Positions 44,211 through 53,859 of a DNA stretch of 64,000 nucleotides are shown here, one piece after another. The notes under the pieces were generated by a model. That model was given only the letters and a program-made list of their open reading frames with translations, ran no database searches and had not been told where the DNA came from. Both the position numbers and the translations under genes were made by a program. The DNA comes from a bacterium (lineage in GTDB: Bacteria; Patescibacteriota; Minisyncoccia; UBA6257; WO2-44-18). The number at the start of each line of letters is the position of its first letter. The first letter of the stretch is position 1. The stretch spans positions 11,323-75,322 of the forward strand of contig JAUSKF010000005.1 in assembly GCA_030646995.1 (NCBI GenBank), read 5' to 3'.

Positions 44211-47200
44211 ATGCTCGAAGGACTAAAAGAATTTAAACTTCCGGAAATCGAGGAGAAAGTCCTTAAATTCTGGAAAGAAAAGAAAATTTTTGAAAAATCT
44301 CTAAAAAACCGCGAAGGCGCTAAGCCCTTCCGGTTTTTTGAGGGTCCCCCAACTGCTAACGGCCGACCGGGCCTCCATCACGTACTTGCCCGCGCTTTTA
44401 AAGATATAGTTTGTCGCTATAAAACGATGCAGGGGTTTTTTGTGGGTCGCCGGGCCGGCTGGGATACTCACGGGCTGCCGGTCGAGTTGGAAGTTGAGAA
44501 AAAACTGGGGATTAAAAATAAAAGTGAGATTGAGAAGTTCGGAATCGCTGAATTTAACTCTCAAGCGAAAACCTCCGTTTGGACTTATAAATCTGAGTGG
44601 GAAAAGCTGACCGAGCGGATAGGATTTTGGTTGGATTTTGAGCATCCGTATACCACCTACGACAATTCATATATAGAAAGCCTCTGGTGGGTTTTTTCCT
44701 CAATCGCTAAAAAAGGATATTTAAAAAAACTCTACAAAATTGTGCCGTGGTGCCCGCGGTGTCAGACCCCTCTTTCCAGCCACGAACTAGGCCAGCCCGG
44801 CGCTTATAAGCTCACGAAAGACCCTTCGGTTTACGTGAAGTTTAAAATAAAGAAAAACGAATCTTTGTTGGTCTGGACTACGACTCCTTGGACTCTGCCG
44901 GCCAACGTCGCAGTGGCAGTCAATTCCAAGCTTACTTATACAAAATACAAAGTAGGCGATGAATTCGTCTGGTCATATAGCCCCCCACCTTCTCCAATGG
45001 CGGATGAGAACGGGAAGCAGCCGCAGGTGGAAGTAGTGGAAAAAATTTCCGGTAAGAAATTGGTTGGATTGAGATATGAACCGCTGTACAAATTAACAGG
45101 CGACCAACAACTAACGACAGACAATCACAAAGTGATCGCGGCAGATTTCGTTTCAACTGAAGAGGGAACCGGTCTAGTGCATATAGCTCCGGCTTTTGGA
45201 GAGGACGATTTACGGGTCGCAGGGAAAGATGCGGTGCCGGTCACAATTGATGACCGCGGCTTAATGAATAAAGGTTTGCCCGGAGCCGGAAGATTTATTA
45301 AGCAGGCCGATGCTGATATAATCGCCGATCTTCAAAAGCGCGGACTGCTTTACTCGCATGGCGAGATCGAGCATGAATATCCATTTTGTTGGAGATGTTC
45401 GACTCCGCTTATTTATTTCGCGCGCTTTTCTTGGTTTTTTGAAACCAGCAAGCTGAAAAAAGAATTTCTGGAAGCGAATAAAAAGATAAATTGGACTCCT
45501 GATCATATTCAAGAAGGGCGGTTTGGCGGCTGGTTGAAAGATCTCAAAGATTGGTCCATTTCCCGCAATCGTTATTGGGGTACGCCGATTCCGATTTGGG
45601 AATGCGCTAAAAATGAAGAGCACCGGCGAGTGATCGGCTCTTTAGAGGATCTCGATAAAAATCCCTATACGAAAAATAATTTCTTTATGGCTCGGCACTG
45701 CGAATCCGATCACAATGTGACCAATATTGTTGCGACCGGAGGAAAATGGAAGACTGCTTCCAAGCTGACTAAGAAGGGGTTAGAACAGGCCGAGAAGCTC
45801 GGCAAAGCTTTGGCTAAGAAAAAAATAGAGCTAATCTTCGCTTCGCCGTATTCCCGCACCCAGCAGACCGCGAAAATAATCGCTAAGCACACCGGAGCGA
45901 AGATAATCACCGATGAACGCCTAACGGAATTGAATACCGGAATTTTCAGTGGCCGCACGACCGAAGAATTTTTCGGTTTTTTCCAAAATAAATTGGAAGA
46001 GTTTACCAAAACTCCTCCCGGTGGAGAAAATTTAACTGATGCGAAAAAGCGGATGCTGGAAGCTCTGCGGGATATCAATTCTAAGTATGACGGCAAAAAT
46101 ATCTTGATCGTGAGCCACGGGCATCCGCTCTGGGCGATGTATGGCGCCGCCCAAGGGTGGACTAATCAGCAAATCGTTGATGGTTATTATCCGTTAGTTG
46201 GGGAGTATAAAGAGGTGGAATTGAAAAATTGGCCCTTCGATCGCAACGGGGAGTTGGATGTGCATCGCCCCTTTATCGATGAAGTCTTTTTGAAGTGCGA
46301 GGAGTGCGGTGGAAAGATGCAGCGCATCAAAGATGTGGCGGATGTTTGGTTTGATTCCGGTGCTATGCCTTTCGCTCAATGGCACTATCCTTTTGAAAAT
46401 AAAAAACTACTCGATAAGGGCGAGCAGTTTCCGGCCGACTACATCGCCGAAGGCATTGACCAGACCCGCGGCTGGTTCTATACCCTACTCGCGGTCTCTA
46501 CTTTGCTTGGCAAGGGCTTGTCGTATAAAAATGTAATTTGTCTTGGTTTGTTGTTGGATAAGAATGGGCAGAAAATGTCCAAGTCCAAAGGTAATGTGGT
46601 GGATCCGTGGCAAATAATTCAGAAATATGGGTCAGATGTGGTACGTTGGTATTTTTACACAGTGAATCCTCCCGGCGAACCGAAGCGTTTTGATGAGTTG
46701 GATCTCGGAAAGACCCTGCGGAAGATTTTTATGCTCGCCTATAACTCCTTCGTCTTCTATAGCACCTATGGGAAAGATAAATCGAAGCCAAATGTAGTTT
46801 TGGATCAGTGGATAACTTCCCGCTTGCACGAAACTGCCGAAATCGCGACTGCCCATTTGGATAAATATGCCATCGGAGATGCCGCTAAAGTAATTGAAGC
46901 CTTCGTGGACGATCTTTCAAGGTGGTATATCCGCCGGTCCCGTAAAAATGTGTCGGGAAAAACTTTAAAAATGGTTTTGGAAACTTTGGCAAAGCTAATG
47001 GCCCCATTTGCGCCGTTTTTCGGAGAGGCGCTTTGGCAATCACTAACAACAAACGACAAACGACAAACGAACAGCGTTCATTTGGTTGACTGGCCAAAAA
47101 GTCAGAAGTTGTCAGTCGTAAGTCGTAAGTTGCTTGAGAGTATGGCCGAGGTGCGGCATCTGGCGAGTTTGGCGCTAGCGGAAAGAGAAAAGGCGGGTAT

Positions 47201-47657
47201 CAAGGTGCGCCAGCCGTTAAATAAGTTAAACGTTAAAAGCGAAAAGTTAAAAAATTCGGATAAGGAATTGTTGGCTATCCTAGCTGATGAGGTGAATGTG
47301 AAAGAAGTTGTTTGCAATCCAAAATTAAATCCGCCATCCGCCCTTTCTGGCGGAGGCGGAGAAGTGGAATTGGATACCAACATCACTCCCGAGTTACGTG
47401 AAGAGGGAATTATGCGCGACCTCGCCAGAATGATTCAGGGCTTGCGTGGCGATGCTAATTACCAGCCGAAAGATATCGTTATCGTCAGTTTGGAACTGCC
47501 GGCGGAGCTGATGGCGGTAGTGGAAAAGCGCTCTGCTCAATTGAAGTCTGACGTGAAAGCCAAATCTATTGAATTCAAAAAAGCGGCAAAATTTGACGCT
47601 GAATTAACCTCGAAAATTGAGAATTGGCCGGTTTGGGTAGGCGTTCGGAAGGGGTAG
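44211..47657 (+). CDS. ileS: Isoleucine--tRNA ligase (type 2) with inserted histidine phosphatase domain
   Basis: EGPPTANG, GWDTHGLP, WTTTPWT, DWSISRNRYWGTP, EGIDQTRGWF, KMSKS; insert RHCES...HG. Confidence 0.93.
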   Translation: MLEGLKEFKLPEIEEKVLKFWKEKKIFEKSLKNREGAKPFRFFEGPPTANGRPGLHHVLARAFKDIVCRYKTMQGFFVGRRAGWDTHGLPVELEVEKKLGIKNKSEIEKFGIAEFNSQAKTSVWTYKSEWEKLTERIGFWLDFEHPYTTYDNSYIESLWWVFSSIAKKGYLKKLYKIVPWCPRCQTPLSSHELGQPGAYKLTKDPSVYVKFKIKKNESLLVWTTTPWTLPANVAVAVNSKLTYTKYKVGDEFVWSYSPPPSPMADENGKQPQVEVVEKISGKKLVGLRYEPLYKLTGDQQLTTDNHKVIAADFVSTEEGTGLVHIAPAFGEDDLRVAGKDAVPVTIDDRGLMNKGLPGAGRFIKQADADIIADLQKRGLLYSHGEIEHEYPFCWRCSTPLIYFARFSWFFETSKLKKEFLEANKKINWTPDHIQEGRFGGWLKDLKDWSISRNRYWGTPIPIWECAKNEEHRRVIGSLEDLDKNPYTKNNFFMARHCESDHNVTNIVATGGKWKTASKLTKKGLEQAEKLGKALAKKKIELIFASPYSRTQQTAKIIAKHTGAKIITDERLTELNTGIFSGRTTEEFFGFFQNKLEEFTKTPPGGENLTDAKKRMLEALRDINSKYDGKNILIVSHGHPLWAMYGAAQGWTNQQIVDGYYPLVGEYKEVELKNWPFDRNGELDVHRPFIDEVFLKCEECGGKMQRIKDVADVWFDSGAMPFAQWHYPFENKKLLDKGEQFPADYIAEGIDQTRGWFYTLLAVSTLLGKGLSYKNVICLGLLLDKNGQKMSKSKGNVVDPWQIIQKYGSDVVRWYFYTVNPPGEPKRFDELDLGKTLRKIFMLAYNSFVFYSTYGKDKSKPNVVLDQWITSRLHETAEIATAHLDKYAIGDAAKVIEAFVDDLSRWYIRRSRKNVSGKTLKMVLETLAKLMAPFAPFFGEALWQSLTTNDKRQTNSVHLVDWPKSQKLSVVSRKLLESMAEVRHLASLALAEREKAGIKVRQPLNKLNVKSEKLKNSDKELLAILADEVNVKEVVCNPKLNPPSALSGGGGEVELDTNITPELREEGIMRDLARMIQGLRGDANYQPKDIVIVSLELPAELMAVVEKRSAQLKSDVKAKSIEFKKAAKFDAELTSKIENWPVWVGVRKG

Positions 47658-47696
47658 GTTTTTGTTTCTGCCTTTTCCATCCGCCCAAAACGAAGG

Positions 47697-47821
47697 CAGA
47701 CAGTTTATCCGGAACATCCCGGAGGCGGTTTAGTTCGTTCGTTATCTATCGAACGATAAACCGTCGAGGGCGAAGAAAATCCGCTAATAAGCGGATTATT
47801 CTGTTTCCGGGGAACTGTCTG
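47697..47821 (+). other. Repeated structured element with covariation, copy B
   Basis: Homologous to the reverse complement of 35265-35406. Confidence 0.75.
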
Positions 47822-47908
47822 GCGGAGTAGTTGACAAATAGGCTCACTTATGCTATATTTATTGAAGTCAATTGCACTTTCAAAAACCCCATTTTTAGGA
47901 GATGAGTC

Positions 47909-48685
47909 ATGATCCAGACTGTTGTTGTGGACACGAGGAAGTTTCTTGAAGGGGCGCTAACGCCAATTCAAGAAGAGCAAGAGATGGAGCTTGAATGCCT
48001 TCGCGCCGAAGAGGCTCGGCTGGAGGTAATCCACCAAGCAGAGAAGACCGGTGGATGGACTTCGGTACGGCAGGCGATGATGCTGATGGGCTCGCATTGC
48101 GTGGGACTGAAGCAGATCATCGATCGTTTCGGCTTGAGTCTCCTGCCTCATGAAGTTCGAGGTCTGGAGATCGTGAACTATCCAGAGGACATGCTCTGGA
48201 GCCTGCGCAATTCGCATCTGCTGATTGCGGGCGCGCCGGTGACTATGCTCGAGATTAGGCAGGCGGCCTGCAAGAGGCAGAAAGACCAGAAGCTCGGAGA
48301 TTTCTCATACGACGACCAGTTTTTCGCCATTCGTGAGATGCAGGCGAGGTGGTACCTGGTTTCGCGTGAAATCACCCGTAACTCGCTCTATCGGACGATG
48401 CGGGACCATGACGAGCGAATTTTCAACAATCCGATGCATGAGCGTCTTGGCGCTCCGGAGCTCGCCTATGTCGCTTCGGTTTCCCGGTTGATCGTGGGTG
48501 AGCCGATGCTCCAGAACGTCGCTGCTTTCACCAGCGATTCCGTTTCCGACGAGTGCGGGCGGAAGTGCCCGGTCTTCGTCGGATTCTCCGGCGAGTTCGG
48601 GGTTGCGGTTGGGACCTGTGCCGGTGATCGTCCGATGGCCAACATCGGAGCGATCGTCAGCGTCCGGCCCTGCGCCAAGAAGTAG
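47909..48685 (+). CDS. Orphan hypothetical protein
   Basis: TTGACA-17-TATATT promoter, AGGAG SD, terminator 48713-48746. Confidence 0.8.
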   Translation: MIQTVVVDTRKFLEGALTPIQEEQEMELECLRAEEARLEVIHQAEKTGGWTSVRQAMMLMGSHCVGLKQIIDRFGLSLLPHEVRGLEIVNYPEDMLWSLRNSHLLIAGAPVTMLEIRQAACKRQKDQKLGDFSYDDQFFAIREMQARWYLVSREITRNSLYRTMRDHDERIFNNPMHERLGAPELAYVASVSRLIVGEPMLQNVAAFTSDSVSDECGRKCPVFVGFSGEFGVAVGTCAGDRPMANIGAIVSVRPCAKK

Positions 48686-48806
48686 AGGCGCCGGAGATGG
48701 AAGAGTAAGCAGACACCCGAGAGAGGTTCTCTCTCGGGTGTTTTTTATTTGTAAATAATAGACCTTCTTGTTATAAAGTTATCAGTTCGTTGAAGAGGAG
48801 GTTGGG

Positions 48807-49769
48807 ATGGAAAACGAAGTTGAAGTGACCCAGACGTTCTATCCAAAGAAGTTTAATTGGAAAGGATGGGCGATTACTGCCGGAACCTTCGTGTTATTTG
48901 TTGTCGCTTATTCCACTCTTCTTGAATGGAAGGCTGCGCTGATGTTCTCGGTTTTTCTGTTTATCCATGAAATGGGTCATCTGGTGCTCTGCTGGCGGAA
49001 GAAGGCGATGGCCACACCGCCCATTTTCATTCCTTTCATAGGAGCCTTGATTAAGATTGACCCGACGAAATTCACCACAGTGGATGAAGCCGAGGTCGGT
49101 TATGGAGGGCCTTTTTGGGGTTCGGTTGCTGCTGCGGTTGGGATGCTAATCTGGACTTTACTGCCCTCTCATCCGGAATTTTTGCTCTGGTCGAGCGCCT
49201 TCGCTTTGGCGCTAAACTTTATCAACTTGGTTCCTCTCCGTCCTTTGGATGGTGGGCGGATTACCCAGGTGATTAGCGGTTGGTTTCGTTACCTTGGCCT
49301 GCTGGTGGTGTTGGCAGTTGTCATATTCGTACCCGCCAATCCCGCACTCTGGCTGGTGGTCGCGTTGATTATCTATGGGCAGGACGAGAACGGACTACTA
49401 TTCAAAGGAGCAGCTACTTTGCTGATTGGCGCGGCGATGGTTGTGATGATGAGTTTCGCCGAAAATCCGGCGAAGATATTGTGGGCCCTTCCTGTGTTTC
49501 TGGGCTATCTGCATCTTTCTACCGTCAGCAACATTTATAAGCTCTGGAAATTTAAAAATAAATTGAGTCAGTTGGAAGATGAGAAGAAGTTGACTGATAT
49601 TGCCGATTGGCGGAACAGGGCCGATGCCCTTCTCTACGGCGCTCAAAAACCATTGCCGTCTGTGCGCGTCCGACTCAAGTGGCTGGCCTACTACCTTCTG
49701 CTGGCTGTTATGTTGTTGGCGCTGATGTATTGGGCGTTTGCTTCCATAATGGCTTTTCTCCAGCAGTAA
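48807..49769 (+). CDS. Site-2 protease (M50) family
   Basis: HEMGH, GGP, NLVP..PLDGG. Confidence 0.9.
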   Translation: MENEVEVTQTFYPKKFNWKGWAITAGTFVLFVVAYSTLLEWKAALMFSVFLFIHEMGHLVLCWRKKAMATPPIFIPFIGALIKIDPTKFTTVDEAEVGYGGPFWGSVAAAVGMLIWTLLPSHPEFLLWSSAFALALNFINLVPLRPLDGGRITQVISGWFRYLGLLVVLAVVIFVPANPALWLVVALIIYGQDENGLLFKGAATLLIGAAMVVMMSFAENPAKILWALPVFLGYLHLSTVSNIYKLWKFKNKLSQLEDEKKLTDIADWRNRADALLYGAQKPLPSVRVRLKWLAYYLLLAVMLLALMYWAFASIMAFLQQ

Positions 49770-49782
49770 ATAAAAAATCGGC

Positions 49783-50766
49783 CTAAAGGCCGATTTTCTT
49801 TTTTACCTCCGCCATTTTCTTTTCGGCGGATTTTTTTGCTTTGGATGCTCCGGCGCGCAAAGCAGATTTTAGGCTGACCGGTTTTTTTATCAAGGCCAAT
49901 TTCTTTTTACGGAAGGGGGCGAAATATTCAATCAGATAATCTGAAAGCGAATGCTTTAATTCCCCATAGTTCATTCCGGAAAATCCGTCAGCTAACTCCT
50001 CGATGGATTTTCCCGAGACTGCCGACATCATCCCCAGCATATTCGAAATGCCCGGCTTATTTTTCGGGTCATATTTTATTTCGTTGCCGGAATCAGTGAC
50101 GGCGGTGCGGACTTTCGATTCAATGATTTCCGGAGCGTCATCGATGAAAAGGCAGCCTCCCGGCCGGGATTTGGACATTTTTTTGGACGGATCATCTAAG
50201 CTCATTACTCGAGCGGTCTTTGTCATCACCGCCTGCGGCTCCGGGAAAGTTTCTCCAAAACGAGTATTGAATTTTCGTGCAAGGGTGCGAGCCAGTTCTA
50301 GATGTTGGAGCTGATCTTCACCGACCGGAACGAATTTTGCGTCATATAGCAAAATATCCGCCGCCATTAGAACCGGATAGGTGAATAGGCCAACGTTTAT
50401 ATTTTCTTTTTGAGTCGAAGCTTTGTCTTTGAATTGAGTCATTCTCTGCAATTCACCGAAAGGCGTTACTGTTTCTAGGATTTTCGCTAATTCTACAGAT
50501 TCCGGCACGGCGGATTGTACGAAAATTTTGGATTTTTTCGGGTCCAGACCAGCGGCGAGATAATCGGCGGCCAAATTAAGGATTTGTTCCTGTTTTTGCT
50601 GCGGGTCGAAGTTTTCGGTTAGTGAATGATAATCAGCAATGAAAAAATAGCAGTCGTATTTTCCGGAATTTTGCAGGGCAACGAAATTTTTCAGCGCGCC
50701 TAAATAGTTACCGATATGCAATCGGCCTGTTGGTTGGATTCCCGACACCAAGACTGGTTTACTCAT
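49783..50766 (-). CDS. trpS: Tryptophan--tRNA ligase
   Basis: SGIQPTGRLHIGNY, YPVLMAADIL, GEDQLQH, KMSKS. Confidence 0.97.
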   Translation of the reverse strand: MSKPVLVSGIQPTGRLHIGNYLGALKNFVALQNSGKYDCYFFIADYHSLTENFDPQQKQEQILNLAADYLAAGLDPKKSKIFVQSAVPESVELAKILETVTPFGELQRMTQFKDKASTQKENINVGLFTYPVLMAADILLYDAKFVPVGEDQLQHLELARTLARKFNTRFGETFPEPQAVMTKTARVMSLDDPSKKMSKSRPGGCLFIDDAPEIIESKVRTAVTDSGNEIKYDPKNKPGISNMLGMMSAVSGKSIEELADGFSGMNYGELKHSLSDYLIEYFAPFRKKKLALIKKPVSLKSALRAGASKAKKSAEKKMAEVKKKIGL

Positions 50767-50838
50767 ACAGAAATTATACTTTAAGTGACTGCAAAACAAA
50801 AAGCGCCCCTCGGGGCGCTTTTTGCGATCTTTGTGATT

Positions 50839-52638
50839 TTAGATCTCGATCACTACCGGCAGAATCATTGGCCGACGCTTGGTTCTAGTATACAAAAGTT
50901 GGCCGACTTGATCGCGTATCAGAGTTTTCAGATAATCAGCTTCAACGCTCTTGTTGTGTGGCACCCTTTCGAGCACTCCGCGGATTTTACGGCGGATTTC
51001 GTTGAGCAGCTCCTGATTTTCTTTCAACAGAATAAAGCCACGGGAAATAATGTCGGGGTTTTTCAGGATCTTTCCGTCGGAGCGGCTGACGGTGGTGATA
51101 ATCACTACCATGCCTTCCTGAGAAAGCATGCGGCGATCACGCAACACGACTTCTTCCACGTCGCCCACGCCCAAGCCGTCTACCATTACATAGAAAGCCG
51201 GCACTTCTTCTTTGCTGACAACGAAGGTGTCTTTAGTAATCAAAGCTACCTGACCATTGTCCATCATGATGGTATTCGCTTTTGGAATACCTACAGACTG
51301 CGCCAATTTGGCAGTGTGTTTTCTCATGAAGTAATAGGCGTGCACCGGCACTACGAATTTCGGTTTGACCATTTTCACAACCAGCTTCAAGTCTTCTGAG
51401 TGAGCGTGTCCGCTGGCGTGAATATCCAGCAGTTTAGAGTTGTAGATTTCATCTACCTGACGGGCGACGTTGTCTTGCAGGGCTTGAACGCTCCGTTCAT
51501 TGCCCGGAACTACCGAAGAAGAAAAGATAACCGTGTCAGTTGGTTTGAGTCGCATAGTTTTATGCTCTCCGGTTACGATTTTCATCAATCCGGCGTTTGG
51601 CTCGCCCTGCGCTCCAGTAGTTAATACCAAAACCTGATTGTCTTTGTACTTATCGATTTCTTCAATCGTAATAATCTGATCTTTCCGAGTTTTGATGTAG
51701 CCGGTAGTCATTGCGATTTGGACGTTATCTTTCATTGAGCGTCCGTTGAGCGCCACCTTGCGGCCCAAACGATCGGCAATTTTCAAGATTTCCGCGATGC
51801 GAGTCATCAAAGAGGCGAAGGTGCCTACGATGATTCTGCCTTTTGCGCCCACAAAGAGTTTTTCCAGATTTTCTTCGATATTTTTTTCCGACAGAGAAAA
51901 TCCTTCGCGAATGGAATTGGTGCTATCCAGAAAGACGGTGTGGATATTCATTGTTCCCAATCTTTCAAAGATTTCGAGGTTAATCGGCTTTCCGTCTTGG
52001 GTAGTGTCCAAGCGGAAGTCGCCGAAATTGACCATTTTTCCCGCCGGGGTATCAATACAGATTCCAAGAGCATCCGGAATCGTGTGGGAAATATCGAAAA
52101 ACTCCACGGTGAAATTTTCCGAGACTTTTATCTTGTCGCCATTTTTTACCACCACGAATTTCGGCTTGGAGACGTTCGGGAATTCGCTAAAACGGCGCTC
52201 AATTAAGTGGCGCGTAAAGCCGGCGGTGTAAATCGTCGGGCTGCCCATCTTGTCGTAGAGATAGGGAAGGGCGTGAATGTGGTCGTAGTGGCCGTGCGTG
52301 AAAATAATTCCTTTTACGTTTTGTTTTTTTTGCTCAAGGTAGGCGACGTTCGGAATAATGTAGTCTACTCCCGGGGTTTCTTCTTCCGGAAATTGAATAC
52401 CGACATCGATTACGATGATTTCGTTTTTATATTCGAAAAAGGCGCAGTTGCGGCCGATTTCTTCGAGTCCGCCCAGCGGAACGAACCGCAAGGTGTCTGA
52501 CGTTTCGGTTTTTGGGGCTACGACTTTTACTGCCACCGGAATTGGGGCTTTCAGCGGGACTCCGCTACGGACACCGGAACTAACTGGGGCGCTTGGCGCG
52601 GCCGGAGTTCTCGGTCTGATTGTTGGGACTTTTATCAT
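50839..52638 (-). CDS. rnj: Ribonuclease J
   Basis: PLGGLEEIGRN, THGHYDH, GDF, TGAQGEP, HASGHA, RRPMILP. Confidence 0.95.
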   Translation of the reverse strand: MIKVPTIRPRTPAAPSAPVSSGVRSGVPLKAPIPVAVKVVAPKTETSDTLRFVPLGGLEEIGRNCAFFEYKNEIIVIDVGIQFPEEETPGVDYIIPNVAYLEQKKQNVKGIIFTHGHYDHIHALPYLYDKMGSPTIYTAGFTRHLIERRFSEFPNVSKPKFVVVKNGDKIKVSENFTVEFFDISHTIPDALGICIDTPAGKMVNFGDFRLDTTQDGKPINLEIFERLGTMNIHTVFLDSTNSIREGFSLSEKNIEENLEKLFVGAKGRIIVGTFASLMTRIAEILKIADRLGRKVALNGRSMKDNVQIAMTTGYIKTRKDQIITIEEIDKYKDNQVLVLTTGAQGEPNAGLMKIVTGEHKTMRLKPTDTVIFSSSVVPGNERSVQALQDNVARQVDEIYNSKLLDIHASGHAHSEDLKLVVKMVKPKFVVPVHAYYFMRKHTAKLAQSVGIPKANTIMMDNGQVALITKDTFVVSKEEVPAFYVMVDGLGVGDVEEVVLRDRRMLSQEGMVVIITTVSRSDGKILKNPDIISRGFILLKENQELLNEIRRKIRGVLERVPHNKSVEADYLKTLIRDQVGQLLYTRTKRRPMILPVVIEI

Positions 52639-52726
52639 ACTGACGTTTATATTTTTTTATTTTTGTATTACCCAAACACAGCTTATATATGTAGGGTTTT
52701 TCGACTTTTGAGATTTTTTCTCAAAG

Positions 52727-52809
52727 TGCTCTCGAGAGGATTCGAACCTCCATGCCCTTGCGAGCGTACGCACCTGAAGCGTATGTGTCTGCCGTTCCAC
52801 CACGAGAGC
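52727..52809 (-). tRNA. tRNA-Leu(CAG)
   Basis: GCTCTCG...CGAGAGC-A, anticodon loop TT-CAG-GT, long variable arm. Confidence 0.93.
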
Positions 52810-52963
52810 GGTGTGGTTAATTTCGTGTAAAAGAATGTATGGGGAGGCCGGAAACAAAGGAGAAATTAACGTTACTTACATTATATAGGAGGAAAATGAC
52901 AAAGTCAAGGGCTCGTTAAATTTCTTGCCAAAAGCGGGATTTACGGCTAAATTACCAAGTATT

Positions 52964-53035
52964 GCCGATGTAGCTCAGTGGTAGAGCAGGGTTTTCATAA
53001 GACCAAGGTCGGAGGTTCGATCCCTCCCATCGGCA
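52964..53035 (+). tRNA. tRNA with CAT anticodon (elongator Met; Ile2 not excluded)
   Basis: GCCGATG...CATCGGC-A cloverleaf, paired 1:72. Confidence 0.9.
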
Positions 53036-53066
53036 CAAAAATAAACACCCCGGGAGGGGTGTTTTG

Positions 53067-53630
53067 TTATTCTGCTCTTTCGAATGAAGCCATTCCATAC
53101 GTCGGTTTGCCGGCGGAGGAAAGTTCAGAAGAGGAAAGAGTCGGGTGATGTTCCCGGACGCTTCCATTGCCGAGCAAGAGGGCCGGAATTAAGTTTTTTT
53201 CAATCCGCGAGCCGCCGACGTCAATCCGGGTGTTTTCGTTGATGACATGAATATCTTCTCGGAAGATTGCCAGCACCAAAGCAGTGTGGGCAGGGAAGCG
53301 TCGGGAATCAGAGAGTTTTTGGATTGCCGTTTCTGGAGAAATTCCACGCATCGCCCGGCCATCGTCTATTCCGTAGCACCAATACATAAATTTTTTGGGA
53401 AGGGGGACTACATTTTCATGTGCTTGGAGTTGCCGCATCTCCAACCTGCTCACAATCCCAAGAAGGGCACATTGCTTGGTCAGGCTGATGAAGGTCTCCG
53501 AAATCACCAGAATTCCTCCAACTTTCGGTTTGCCGGCGCACTCTTCAAATTCACCCTCGGTTATTCCGGCTGCTTCATGAAATTGCAACTTAATTAGCTT
53601 TTCTACCTGCATAGGTGTTGTGGGTCCCAT
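53067..53630 (-). CDS. Orphan hypothetical protein (DUF5701-like, from memory; probable start 53630)
   Basis: Y...IDDG..MRGISP..A...L....R.P pattern; AAGGGGG SD. Confidence 0.65.
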   Translation of the reverse strand: MGPTTPMQVEKLIKLQFHEAAGITEGEFEECAGKPKVGGILVISETFISLTKQCALLGIVSRLEMRQLQAHENVVPLPKKFMYWCYGIDDGRAMRGISPETAIQKLSDSRRFPAHTALVLAIFREDIHVINENTRIDVGGSRIEKNLIPALLLGNGSVREHHPTLSSSELSSAGKPTYGMASFERAE

Positions 53631-53735
53631 CTGTCGCCCCCTTTCTTCATAGGTCCCCGTTTCTCTGTAGTTAAGGTACTCACGGAGCATAAAACATCCG
53701 TTTGATAAATTCAATTCCTTGTGGTAATATTCGGG

Positions 53736-53808
53736 CGCGGGGTAGAGAAGCAGTTATCTCGTCAGGCCCATAACCTGAAGATCGGGGGTGCAACTCCCTC
53801 CCCCGCAA
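53736..53808 (+). tRNA. Initiator tRNA-fMet(CAT)
   Basis: CGCGGGG...CCCCGCA-A with C1:A72 mismatch, CAT anticodon. Confidence 0.9.
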
Positions 53809-53859
53809 CTAGTAAAGACAAAAGTCGCCCAATGGGCGATTTTTGTTATAATCTAATCA

